Source: Candidatus Rifleibacteriota bacterium (GTDB taxonomy: Bacteria; Muiribacteriota; Ozemobacteria; Ozemobacterales; Ozemobacteraceae). From it: DNA of 34,044 nt. Location of the stretch: NCBI GenBank assembly GCA_051747585.1, contig JBNJGH010000016.1:11971-46014 (forward strand), given 5' to 3'. This document shows positions 8,720-17,939 of this stretch, piece by piece. The notes beneath the pieces are model-generated. The model was not told the origin of the DNA, did not search any database, and worked only from the letters and a program-made list of their open reading frames with translations. Position numbers and translations under genes: made by a program. The number at the start of each line of letters is the position of its first letter. Within the stretch, counting starts at the first letter, position 1.

Positions 8720-10510
8720 ATGGATAGCTTAAAAGTGCCGGTTATTTTATTAGTTTTAGTTCTTGCCGTTGGTTTTTTCCTCTTCAATCCTTTTTCTTCG
8801 AAACCTGGAGAATTTACAAAGAGAACGGATCCAGACCGAACTAAACAAGGTTCAGAAGCTCCTGAAGCAACCCCTGAGAAGGTGAAACAACTGTTTAAAA
8901 ACAAGCGATTTCAGGCTGTGATTAACAACCTTCAAAACCAGGAAAACAGTGATGATTATGAAGTTCAAAAAATGCTTGGATACTCATACGCCGCTATAAA
9001 GGACTTTGACCGGGCCATAGTCGCTTTTGAAAAAGCCATGGATAGACGTAGAGTTCCTGAAGATGGTTATTCACTTGCCTATCTTTATGAAATAACAGGA
9101 AGAACACGAGTCGCAAGATTACTCTACGAAGACCTTTCAAGCGCAAAGCTGCCCCCCAAAATGCTCAGGGGCGTTTATGAAGGGCTTTCGCGGACTTCTA
9201 TTTTTGAAAATGATACAAAAGCCGCAATCAAATATAACCTTACAATGGTTAAACGCTACCCCGATTCTGTTGAAGGCTTTATGGCCTTACTTAAGCTGAT
9301 GCGCATTACCGGACATGTTAAAGGGCTTGAAAAGCTGGTAAAACTTGGAGATAAACACCATAAAAACAATTTTCCCTATAATTTCTGGCTTGGTTTGCTA
9401 TATTTTGAGACCGGCAATTTCGATGCCGCTTTAAATCGTTTTCAGCGCTGCATTAAGCTTGATAAAGACAATAGCACCCCTTACTATTACACCTATCGAA
9501 TTTTAAAAAGAAAGAAAAATATCTCCCAAGCTTTGGAGCACATGGAAGAATACCATAAGCTCAACCCTCTTCTTCCCCACATCTTTTTTGAGGCGGCAAT
9601 AGATGCCAGGAACGAAGGCAAGCTAGATCTTGCCTACAAGTTTTTGAGATCGGCTTATACGAGAGATCGGACCTTACTTGGCCGCAATGACCAGGGAACT
9701 ATGAGAGCCATAGAAAAAATGATCAAAAGACAGGGTTCGCGCTTAGATAAAATGTTCCTAACCGCTTTTATGAATTATATAAATGGCGATTATACAGTTG
9801 CCCGCCGACAGATTAACCAAATTTTGCCTAAACTGAATTCAAAGAATTTAAAAGAAGACGCCAGAAGAATCCTGCGTGAATGCGATAAAATTGAAAATCA
9901 AGATCGCCAGTATAAAAGCTATCTTGCAAGAATGGCAGAGCAACAGCGCCTTGCCCAACAAGATGACTCAAAACCTGTAAAAATTATTAATGAATTTGAA
10001 GGCGAATCTGAAGCTGATCTAATAATGAGAAAAGCAATGGTCAATCCTAATGATCTACGTATGCAATATTCTGCCGGCATACAACTTGCCCGTCTCGGAA
10101 AACTTGAAGATGCCGAAAGATTTTTCAGAAATGCTTTGCGCATAAACCCCAATATACTCGAACCCAATTACTCGATGGCAAAGCTTTTAAAATTTAAAAA
10201 GCAGAATCGCCGGGCAAGGGAATTCATTAACAAAGCCCTGCATATTAATCCCAACAACAGTCAGGCATTATCCATGTCTGCCAGTCTTTATCTAGAAGAA
10301 AGAGATTTTTCCCAGGCTGCCTCAGATGCACAAGGGGCTTTAAAAGCAAATCCCAATAATGGCGAAGCAAGACTGGTACTGGCAAAATTAGCCACGTATA
10401 AAAACAATTACCAGGAAGCATTAAAAGAGATAAATGCCGGGCTTAAGATAGAAAAAGACCCAGAAAGAAAAGAAGAATTGATTAGGCTGAAAAACAATCT
10501 TCCGAGATAA
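8720..10510 (+). CDS. Membrane-anchored multi-TPR protein
   Basis: N-terminal hydrophobic anchor and many TPR-like repeats (e.g. LGLLYFETGNFDAALNRFQRCIKLD, ALRINPN, ALHINPNN, ALKANPNN). Confidence 0.88.
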   Translation: MDSLKVPVILLVLVLAVGFFLFNPFSSKPGEFTKRTDPDRTKQGSEAPEATPEKVKQLFKNKRFQAVINNLQNQENSDDYEVQKMLGYSYAAIKDFDRAIVAFEKAMDRRRVPEDGYSLAYLYEITGRTRVARLLYEDLSSAKLPPKMLRGVYEGLSRTSIFENDTKAAIKYNLTMVKRYPDSVEGFMALLKLMRITGHVKGLEKLVKLGDKHHKNNFPYNFWLGLLYFETGNFDAALNRFQRCIKLDKDNSTPYYYTYRILKRKKNISQALEHMEEYHKLNPLLPHIFFEAAIDARNEGKLDLAYKFLRSAYTRDRTLLGRNDQGTMRAIEKMIKRQGSRLDKMFLTAFMNYINGDYTVARRQINQILPKLNSKNLKEDARRILRECDKIENQDRQYKSYLARMAEQQRLAQQDDSKPVKIINEFEGESEADLIMRKAMVNPNDLRMQYSAGIQLARLGKLEDAERFFRNALRINPNILEPNYSMAKLLKFKKQNRRAREFINKALHINPNNSQALSMSASLYLEERDFSQAASDAQGALKANPNNGEARLVLAKLATYKNNYQEALKEINAGLKIEKDPERKEELIRLKNNLPR

Positions 10511-10513
10511 AAA

Positions 10514-11317
10514 TTATTCAAGTTTAATTTTATCCCAGTATTTATCAAGCTCCTGCAGCGTTTTTCCTTCAAAACCACCGTCATTTTCAGCAAGTTTTTC
10601 AACTTGAACAAACCTGGCAACAAATTTTTCTGATGCCCTTTTTAAGCAATTCTCAGCATCGATTCCATTCAACCTGGTAAAGTTAATAACTGAAAACAGC
10701 AAATCTCCAATTTCTTCTTCGATTTTTTCCTTTTTCGGCTCGGATTCCTCGAGATTTTCCTTAACTTCACCAATTTCTTCTTCGATCTTGTCAAATGCCT
10801 GTCTCGTGTCGGGGAAATCAAAACCTACGGTTGCCGCTTCAGACTGAATTTTTTCGGTCAATTTAATAGCAGAAGGAAATTTAAGTGCCTCTTTCATTCG
10901 GTTTGAAAGCCTGCTTCTTTCAACCTTTTCTACTGCCTTTATTTTGCCCCACATATCCATCACCTGTTCAGGTTTGATATTGTTATCTTCATCTGCAAAA
11001 ACATGGGGATGACGTAATACGAGTTTATTACAGATTCCTTCGGCAACTTCTGCAAGAGAAAAAGTTCCATTCTCGCTGCCGATCTGAGAATTGAAAACTA
11101 TCAGCATAAGAAGGTCACCCAACTCTTCGACAATATGAAGAGTATCTTCTGAATCAATAGCCTCAACGACCTCCTCAGCCTCTTCAATAATATTTGGAGC
11201 AAGAGTTTTGCAGGTTTGTTTTCGATCCCAGGAACAACCTTCAGGACTTCTTAATATCTCAAGTATTTCAACCAGACGAATTACCTGCTGAGTGATTCTT
11301 TTTTTGTCATTTGTCAT
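10514..11317 (-). CDS. mazG: Nucleoside triphosphate pyrophosphohydrolase
   Basis: LR...GCSWDRKQT, EEAEE, EELGDLL, RHPHVF, GFDF, EEIGDLLF (tandem MazG domains). Confidence 0.95.
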   Translation of the reverse strand: MTNDKKRITQQVIRLVEILEILRSPEGCSWDRKQTCKTLAPNIIEEAEEVVEAIDSEDTLHIVEELGDLLMLIVFNSQIGSENGTFSLAEVAEGICNKLVLRHPHVFADEDNNIKPEQVMDMWGKIKAVEKVERSRLSNRMKEALKFPSAIKLTEKIQSEAATVGFDFPDTRQAFDKIEEEIGEVKENLEESEPKKEKIEEEIGDLLFSVINFTRLNGIDAENCLKRASEKFVARFVQVEKLAENDGGFEGKTLQELDKYWDKIKLE

Positions 11318-11318
11318 T

Positions 11319-11822
11319 TTATTCTTCCATAATCTTCAAATTTTGCATTAATTCGATAAGTTCATTGCAATTTTTAACCGTATAATCAGCCAGATGATAG
11401 TATTTTTTTCGCCTCTCTTCAAATATTTTTTTAATTTCTTCTATAGTAAGACCTGCAATTTTAGGTCGTTTTAACTTACTGCTTTTCAATCTTTTGATAA
11501 TTACCTTAAAATCTTCATCCAGAAAAATGTTATTACACTTTTTAATTCCACGATAATTATCATTGTTTATTACCAGCCCTCCACCGGAAGCAATAATTAA
11601 ATCTACGGGATTTTTGTTTATTATTGAAAGAAAGGTTTCTGACTCTATTTTTCTGAAATAGATTTCTCCATGGTTTGAAAAAATTTCTGAAATTTTCATT
11701 TCTGTCTTGTTTTCAATCTCCTGGTCTATATCAACAAAGGTTTTGCAAATTTTTTCGGCCAGAATTCTGCCGCAAAAAGTTTTTCCTGCTGCCATAAACC
11801 CACTTAAAAGAATATTCTTCAT
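11319..11822 (-). CDS. aroK: Shikimate kinase
   Basis: GFMAAGKT, DID, GE.YFR..E, SGGG, RP. Confidence 0.92.
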   Translation of the reverse strand: MKNILLSGFMAAGKTFCGRILAEKICKTFVDIDQEIENKTEMKISEIFSNHGEIYFRKIESETFLSIINKNPVDLIIASGGGLVINNDNYRGIKKCNNIFLDEDFKVIIKRLKSSKLKRPKIAGLTIEEIKKIFEERRKKYYHLADYTVKNCNELIELMQNLKIMEE

Positions 11823-11839
11823 ATTTTACCATTCGGCTG

Positions 11840-11881
11840 AAAAAAAAAACGCGACAGGAAAAAGCTTCCCTGTCGCGTTTT
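11840..11881 (-). terminator. Intrinsic terminator downstream of the 11894..12529 gene
   Basis: AAAACGCGACAGG...CCTGTCGCGTTTT stem, with a 10-nt A run on + (U tail on -). Confidence 0.85.
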
Positions 11882-11893
11882 ATTTTATAACTT

Positions 11894-12529
11894 TTATCTA
11901 ACCGGAACAACTCCGCTTGGAAAGGTAGGAATGGAAATGCCATTATTTCCAGGGTTTCCTACAGGTGTTTCAGGGCTTCCCATGGGTATGAAACCCGAGT
12001 TGTTAGGGTTCCCGAAATTGCCGCCATTATTATTATTGTGGGGGTTATAATTGCTGGTATTGCCTGGTAACTGTCCGCTAGATGCGCCAAGCACATTTTT
12101 AATCACCTGCATTAACTGTTGAATTCTCTGCTGAACAGCCCGTTTTTCATTCATAACAAGATAAAATTTGATTTTGCTGATTCTTTTGTTAATTTCACGA
12201 ATTAACAGGTGGTAAGCAGGATCGATAGTAGCTTTTTTCAAAGCAGACTGTGAATTATTTAAATGCCCAATGGCAGAAACATTATCCATTAGAGTCTGTT
12301 TCATTGAAGATTGGCACATCTGTAGATCTGAATAAACAAGCCATAAAAGAGTCACAACAGCATGGTCATTAGGGTCAACCTGACCAAAGCCACCATTAGA
12401 GCCGTTGTTTTGGCCATAAGAACCGTTGTTCTGCCCATAGGAAGTGCTCTGATTATATGGATTGCCCGCGAAAGCAGAAGAAGAACAAAATAAAAGGACC
12501 GCTAGAAGCCCGATAGTTAACTTTTTCAT
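11894..12529 (-). CDS. Secreted hypothetical protein with N/G/Q-rich low-complexity termini
   Basis: SD GGAGG; signal peptide MKKLTIGLLAVLLFCSSSAFA; SYGQNNG repeats; helical-looking core. Confidence 0.85.
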   Translation of the reverse strand: MKKLTIGLLAVLLFCSSSAFAGNPYNQSTSYGQNNGSYGQNNGSNGGFGQVDPNDHAVVTLLWLVYSDLQMCQSSMKQTLMDNVSAIGHLNNSQSALKKATIDPAYHLLIREINKRISKIKFYLVMNEKRAVQQRIQQLMQVIKNVLGASSGQLPGNTSNYNPHNNNNGGNFGNPNNSGFIPMGSPETPVGNPGNNGISIPTFPSGVVPVR

Positions 12530-12672
12530 TGAAAATCCCTCCGGAATTTAAAACTTACTAAATAAATATAACAAATAATATTCATTGCCGGAAGGGTACA
12601 TCAAATTTTTCTTCTAATTTTTATCTTTTTCAGGTATTTTAACAAAAGAGATTATTTTCAGGAGCTTAAAAG

Positions 12673-13167
12673 ATTAACAGCCAGGGAAAAATTAAAACAA
12701 GAATATTTGCGCTTTTATTATTGATTTTAAGTATCGGTCTTATCATCTCTGCATTCAGGTCTTTGAGCCGGGAGTTCAATGGAATCCTGATAAAAAAATC
12801 AATGTCTACCGCTATTGTTTCTTCCGAATACTGGCTATACCTGCTTTCACCCGAACAGCTAACCATCATGGGAGGAGAAGACGAGCTTACCGAAGCCCTG
12901 GCAATAGATAACGGCAGCAACCTCGATTTAAATCGAGTCGGTGTTTCTGAAATTGTTTATACCCAGGCCCAGAAGCTATTTAACATTAAAAAGAAAGCCT
13001 TTTCTCCGTTCATCCTTGTTCAATCCCAGTCTTTTATCGATCTGGGAGTCAACTGGTTTCTTTTTGGTATTGCAGGAATACTGCTTTCAATGTGGATGTA
13101 TCGGCAAACATTAAAAAAGCCTACCCCATCAAATAAATATGAATCTGAAGAAATTGAATTACCCTGA
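12673..13167 (+). CDS. Hypothetical membrane protein (two TM segments)
   Basis: The track starts at TTG 12721, in the middle of a hydrophobic segment. The frame is open from 12670, and ATT 12673 lies 8 nt after SD AGGAG. Second TM segment: WFLFGIAGILLSMWMY. Confidence 0.7.
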   Translation: MNSQGKIKTRIFALLLLILSIGLIISAFRSLSREFNGILIKKSMSTAIVSSEYWLYLLSPEQLTIMGGEDELTEALAIDNGSNLDLNRVGVSEIVYTQAQKLFNIKKKAFSPFILVQSQSFIDLGVNWFLFGIAGILLSMWMYRQTLKKPTPSNKYESEEIELP

Positions 13168-13322
13168 ATTCAAGCTGTGCACATTTTGATCATTGTATAA
13201 TTTTCGCACAATTAAAGTTCTCGTAAATTATTAATATCAACTAAATTCAGGGCTAAAAATTGTTGAACAGGCTACACAAACATTTTTTTTATCACCCCTC
13301 AAATCCTTTCTGGCAAATGAAT

Positions 13323-13350
13323 TAAAAAAAATACCCCATTCTGCCGATAG
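13323..13350 (+). promoter_or_regulatory. Sigma28 (FliA/SigD)-like promoter
   Basis: TAAA-N16-GCCGATAG. Confidence 0.5.
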
Positions 13351-13364
13351 AAACGAAACAGTTT

Positions 13365-13380
13365 TGGTATAAGTTTTGCA
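13365..13380 (+). promoter_or_regulatory. Sigma54 -24/-12 promoter
   Basis: TGGTAT-AAGTT-TTGCA with correct GG-N10-GC spacing; candidate activator sites at 13176-13210. Confidence 0.65.
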
Positions 13381-13429
13381 TACCTTAAAGTTAAAGTATT
13401 ATTTAGTCTAAAGCAGGTGGTGAAAAATT

Positions 13430-13537
13430 ATGCAGCGTAAAAATGCAATTGAAACTTATAAAGACTATGTACTTATTCGTATTGATGAAAAAACCAAGCT
13501 TAGAGTATGGGTTAAACTTCCACCCAACGGAAGATAA
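13430..13537 (+). CDS. 35-aa small protein
   Basis: SD-like AGGTGGTG; MQRKNAIETYKDYVLIRIDEKTKLRVWVKLPPNGR*; promoters upstream and a terminator downstream. Confidence 0.62.
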   Translation: MQRKNAIETYKDYVLIRIDEKTKLRVWVKLPPNGR

Positions 13538-13561
13538 TTCTTTTCCTGCTATAGCTAATCG

Positions 13562-13611
13562 AAAATAAAAAAGCCCGATTTCAAAACTCTTATCTGGCTT
13601 TTTTATTTTTT
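13562..13611. terminator. Bidirectional intrinsic terminator
   Basis: AAAATAAAAAAGCC.GAT...ATC.GGCTTTTTTATTTT. Confidence 0.75.
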
Positions 13612-13644
13612 AGCCTTTAAGTGTTTAAAATTGAGGGGTCTGAT

Positions 13645-14364
13645 TTAGTTACGCATATATCTGAATGGATTTCTTACGTTTCCACTTCGCCGAACTTCAA
13701 AATGAAGATGGGAACCAGTTGTAATACCGGTGTTTCCAACTTTTGCTACCTTCTGGCCAGTGTTTACAACCTGCCCTTTTTTAACCATAAGTCTTGAACA
13801 ATGAGCATATACAGTTTCAAATTCTTCGCTGTGCTTGACAACCAGAACCAGCCCATACCCTCTTTTCCAGCCGGCAAATGTAACTTTTCCAGCCATTGCA
13901 ACCTTAACTGGTGTTCCCTTACGGGCAACAATATCGATTCCGGCGTGGAAATGCCAACTACGTCTTGTCGGATGACGCCTTCTACCGAACAAAGAGCTGA
14001 CTCTACCTAAAACGGGTCTGATCAGACATTTGTTGGTTTCACGAAAGTTCTGACCGTTATTTTCTTTTACTTCATTCCAGTCAGATTTATTCAGTTTTTT
14101 TACAACTTCAACGGAAAAGGTTTTTACCGAACCAATACCGGAGCTTTCCGGTGCGAGGGTAGTAAAAAAAAGCCCAGACTCTTCATTTCCAACTTCAACT
14201 TTTTGTGTCTCTTTGTTAAACTCCCGAGGTTGAACAACCAGCATACCCTCTGCTGCAATCCCACCAGGTACAACCTTTGCGAAAAGAGTGGCGGCGCATA
14301 AAAAGATAGCAAATAGCGCTATAAAAGTTTTTTGTAGCAAATGATTTTTTATCATAAATCTCAT
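13645..14364 (-). CDS. M23 family metallopeptidase (secreted)
   Basis: HAGID and HLHFEVR zinc motifs, YAH, N-terminal signal peptide. Confidence 0.92.
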   Translation of the reverse strand: MRFMIKNHLLQKTFIALFAIFLCAATLFAKVVPGGIAAEGMLVVQPREFNKETQKVEVGNEESGLFFTTLAPESSGIGSVKTFSVEVVKKLNKSDWNEVKENNGQNFRETNKCLIRPVLGRVSSLFGRRRHPTRRSWHFHAGIDIVARKGTPVKVAMAGKVTFAGWKRGYGLVLVVKHSEEFETVYAHCSRLMVKKGQVVNTGQKVAKVGNTGITTGSHLHFEVRRSGNVRNPFRYMRN

Positions 14365-14397
14365 TTCTTTTTTTATAAACGTGCAGTAGTTCAGATA

Positions 14398-14426
14398 TTT
14401 ATAAAAGATTTTCCTTTAAAAGTCAA
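14398..14426 (-). promoter_or_regulatory. Sigma70 promoter of the M23 gene
   Basis: TTGACT-N17-TATAAA on the minus strand. Confidence 0.6.
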
Positions 14427-14760
14427 GGTACACAGTGTTTTGCAAAATCTGCCCGGGATCGGAACTCAACTTAAGTCTTTAAAATTCAGCCTTTTGGGGT
14501 ACAAATCTCAAAACTTTTCCTTTCTAAAAAATTGGGATTGCTAAACTTAAAATTATTATCTGCCTAACTATTGATTTTTTGCTCTCAGAACCTTTCGGCA
14601 ACGGCAAAAAGAGCATTTTTTCTACATAGCAGGTAATTATTTAAAGGCAAAAGTTGAAACATGACACCATTTATATATATTATATGTAAGCCTTAACGGC
14701 CTTGAACTGAAGTTATATTTTCAGTTGAAATCTAATAATAGCAGTGGCAGGTGAATAATT

Positions 14761-15606
14761 ATGTGGGATTATACAAAATCAGTTATGGATCACTTCACCA
14801 ACCCGCGCAACGTGGGTAAAATAGAAGACGCTGACGGAATCGGTGAAGTTGGCTCACTAGCCTGTGGTGACGCTCTGAAGCTTTATATCAAAATTGATAA
14901 AGAAAGCGGCAAAATTACCGATGCCCGTTTTCAAACCTTTGGTTGCGCCAGCGCAATTGCAAGTGCTTCCGCTTTAACCGAAATTGTTAAAGGTAAGAGC
15001 ATAGATGAGGCAATGAAAATTACCAATGATGACATCGCAAAATTTCTAGGTGGCTTGCCAGAGCAAAAAATGCATTGCTCTGTTTTGGGCAAAGATGCGC
15101 TTGAAGCGGCAGTGGCAAATTACAAGGGCGAAAAGGCTGTAGAGCACGAAGAAACGCCGGTAGTCTGCAAATGTTTCTGGGTAGACGAAGAAAAGATAAG
15201 GAATGTCATCAAAGAAAATAACCTTAAAACCGTGGAAGAAGTTACTCATTATACCAAAGCCGGTGGCGGCTGTGGCGGCTGTATTCCTGACATACAAAAC
15301 ATTCTGGATGATATAAACAAAAAGCCAGCTCAGGCTGGAACTTCTGCTCAAAAATCTTCAGGCGGAATGACAAATCTGCAACGAATCAAGCTTATAAGTG
15401 AAACACTTGAAAATAAGATTGCTCCAATGCTTAAAATGGATGGAGGCAATATTGAATTGATAGATATCGAAGGCAAGAATGTTATTGTCAAACTCCAAGG
15501 TGCCTGTGCCGGTTGCCCCGGAGCTAAGGCCACTCTTCGGAATCTTGTTCAGGAAACTTTAAGAAAAGAAGTTTCATCCGAAATAAATGTAATTGAGGCT
15601 TCATAA
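14761..15606 (+). CDS. nifU: Fe-S cluster assembly scaffold, three-domain NifU
   Basis: IscU domain (ACGD, FGC, MHC), BFD-like CxC...CGGC, and Nfu domain CAGC. Confidence 0.95.
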   Translation: MWDYTKSVMDHFTNPRNVGKIEDADGIGEVGSLACGDALKLYIKIDKESGKITDARFQTFGCASAIASASALTEIVKGKSIDEAMKITNDDIAKFLGGLPEQKMHCSVLGKDALEAAVANYKGEKAVEHEETPVVCKCFWVDEEKIRNVIKENNLKTVEEVTHYTKAGGGCGGCIPDIQNILDDINKKPAQAGTSAQKSSGGMTNLQRIKLISETLENKIAPMLKMDGGNIELIDIEGKNVIVKLQGACAGCPGAKATLRNLVQETLRKEVSSEINVIEAS

Positions 15607-16790
15607 TGACTGAAATGAAAGACATTTATCTAGACAACAATGCAACCTGTAAAGTCTCACCCGGTGTTAGAGACGCTATACTACCATTTTTCAATGATTT
15701 TTACGGCAACCCCAGTTCTATGCATTCATTTGGCGGAAAAGTAGCTGAGCATGTCAGCAAAGCACGCGAACAGGTAGCAGCTCTTTTAAATGTATCACCA
15801 GACGAAATAGTTTTCACGTCCTGTGGCACAGAGGCTGACAACCATGCTCTTCGTGGAGTAATGGAAAAAAACCGGGAGCTCAAAACCGGCAAGAACCATA
15901 TAATTACTACTAAAGTTGAGCATCCAGCAGTATTAAATGTAGCACGTTACCTGGCAAAAAATGGTTATAAAGTAACAGAGCTTGAAGTAAACAAAAAAGG
16001 CGACCTGGATCTGGAAAAACTAAAAGCTGCAATCACCCCCAAAACAGCACTGATTTCAATAATGGCTGCCAACAATGAAAGCGGCACTCTTTTTCCCATT
16101 GAAGAAATTGGCGCGATTGCCCGCGAAAAAAATGTGATTTTTCATACAGATGCAGTTCAAGCTGTAGGTAAAATTCCCCTTGATTTAGAAAAAATACCCG
16201 TTGATCTGCTTTCTTTATCCGGACACAAAATACATACTCCCAAAGGTGTAGGTGTTTTGTACATCCGAAAAGGAACAAAAATATCTCCGTTTATGCTTGG
16301 CGGACATCAGGAAAATGGGCGCAGAGCAGGCACCGAAAATGTACCCTACATAATCGGATTAGGCAAAGCCTGTGAAGAAGCAATGAACGGTATTTTCGAA
16401 GAAAACAACCGCATTCGACAATTAAGAGATAAACTTGAAAAAGGTTTAACGGAACAGATCCCTTATACTCATATTAACGGAAACCCCCAATGGCGTCTTC
16501 CCAACACAACAAATATAGGCTTTGAATTTATCGAAGGCGAAGCAATTTTGCTACACCTCAGTGCTGCAGGCATTGCTGCCAGCTCTGGTTCGGCATGCAC
16601 CAGCGGTTCGCTCGAGCCATCTCATGTTTTGATGGCAATGGATACGCCTTTTTCTTATGCCCACGGTTCTGTTAGATTTTCTTTGTCAAAATACACAACA
16701 GAAGAAGAAATTGATTATGTAATAGAAACGGTGCCCCCAATAATTCAAAAGCTGCGAGAAATGTCTCCTTTTTACGACCCATCAAAGTAA
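15606..16790 (+). CDS. nifS: Cysteine desulfurase NifS
   Basis: YLDNNAT, HTDAVQ, SGHK (PLP Lys), SSGSACTS; 1-bp TAATG overlap with nifU. Confidence 0.95.
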   Translation: MTEMKDIYLDNNATCKVSPGVRDAILPFFNDFYGNPSSMHSFGGKVAEHVSKAREQVAALLNVSPDEIVFTSCGTEADNHALRGVMEKNRELKTGKNHIITTKVEHPAVLNVARYLAKNGYKVTELEVNKKGDLDLEKLKAAITPKTALISIMAANNESGTLFPIEEIGAIAREKNVIFHTDAVQAVGKIPLDLEKIPVDLLSLSGHKIHTPKGVGVLYIRKGTKISPFMLGGHQENGRRAGTENVPYIIGLGKACEEAMNGIFEENNRIRQLRDKLEKGLTEQIPYTHINGNPQWRLPNTTNIGFEFIEGEAILLHLSAAGIAASSGSACTSGSLEPSHVLMAMDTPFSYAHGSVRFSLSKYTTEEEIDYVIETVPPIIQKLREMSPFYDPSK

Positions 16791-16795
16791 ATAAC

Positions 16796-16837
16796 AAAAA
16801 AGATGCTGCCATTTTTATTTGGCAGCATCTTTTTTTT
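16796..16837. terminator. Bidirectional intrinsic terminator between nifS and coaD
   Basis: AAAAAAGATGCTGCCA...TGGCAGCATCTTTTTT. Confidence 0.9.
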
Positions 16838-17327
16838 AGTCTCCCGCCTGGGGAAATTTTTCTATAAGCATTTCTTTAACGTTTTCTGGAACCAAGCTAT
16901 TTATATTTCCGCCATATTGAGCAATTTCTCTGGCGATACTCGAGCTTAAAAAGGAATATCGGGGCGATGACATAAGAAACACAGTTTCCACATCTTTTGA
17001 CAGCTGTGAATTGACCGAAAACATCTGCATTTCATATTCGTAATCAGACACAGCTCGCAAACCTCTAATTATCGCACAAGCCCCCACCTTTTTACAGAAA
17101 TCGACCAGCAATCCGTTAAAGTGAATTACCCTGATATTTTCTTCCCAATCTTTTATAACTTCCCCGATCATTTCTACCCTCTCACCGGGTGAAAACAAGC
17201 AGGATTTGGAAGGGTTTTCGAGAACTCCGATTATAATATGGTCAAAAAGACAGGTTGCACGTTTGAGAATATCAAGATGTCCATAAGTAAATGGATCAAA
17301 GCTACCGGGATAAACTGCTACCTTCAT
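16836..17327 (-). CDS. coaD: Phosphopantetheine adenylyltransferase
   Basis: YPGSFDPFTYGHLD, RGLRAVSDYEYE, SSS. Confidence 0.96.
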   Translation of the reverse strand: MKVAVYPGSFDPFTYGHLDILKRATCLFDHIIIGVLENPSKSCLFSPGERVEMIGEVIKDWEENIRVIHFNGLLVDFCKKVGACAIIRGLRAVSDYEYEMQMFSVNSQLSKDVETVFLMSSPRYSFLSSSIAREIAQYGGNINSLVPENVKEMLIEKFPQAGD

Positions 17328-17938
17328 TTATCAATCCTTATAAAGTCATTTAAATCGTAACCGAGCTTCAAGATCAAATTTCTAAAAGCAACGACAGGAA
17401 ACCCAACTACATTAAAATAGCATCCTTCTATTCTGTCAACAAAAAGTCCGGCGTGCCCCTGTATGCCATAGGCTCCAGCTTTATCAAAAGGTTCTTTAGT
17501 ATCAAGATAAAACTCAACGTCCCTTGAACTTAAATCTCTGAAGCTGACTTTGGTGATTTCGGCATGGGATAAGGTTTTTAACCCCGCCACATCGACCACA
17601 GCTATACCGGTAATAACCTTATGATCATTGCCGGAAAGAGAATGAAGCATTTCTCTTGCCTGTTGGTCGTTTTCCGGTTTTCCCAGAATTGTATCACCCT
17701 TCACGACTATTGTATCGGCACCAGTTACGATGCCCTCTCTTAGATTGGACGAGGCATGAAACGCCTTGAAGCCGGCAAGTTTAGCGGCCTGCTCTTCAGG
17801 TTTCAGACCTACCACATCAGAAAATTTTTCTTCGTAATCAGAGTCTATTACTTCAAAATCTATATCCAGATTGGTCAAAATTTCCCGACGTCTAGGTGAC
17901 TTTGAAGCAAGATACAATTTCGGTATTTTATTCCCCAT
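17324..17938 (-). CDS. maf: Maf family NTP pyrophosphatase (YhdE-like)
   Basis: LASKSPRRR, ADTIV, GKP, DKAGAYGIQ, NVVG.P. Confidence 0.94.
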   Translation of the reverse strand: MGNKIPKLYLASKSPRRREILTNLDIDFEVIDSDYEEKFSDVVGLKPEEQAAKLAGFKAFHASSNLREGIVTGADTIVVKGDTILGKPENDQQAREMLHSLSGNDHKVITGIAVVDVAGLKTLSHAEITKVSFRDLSSRDVEFYLDTKEPFDKAGAYGIQGHAGLFVDRIEGCYFNVVGFPVVAFRNLILKLGYDLNDFIRIDK

Positions 17939-17939
17939 A

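Noticed and set aside
10514..11317. MazG as part of a toxin-antitoxin or anti-phage system
   Set aside because: It is the standard tandem-domain housekeeping form next to aroK, with no mazEF or defence genes nearby.
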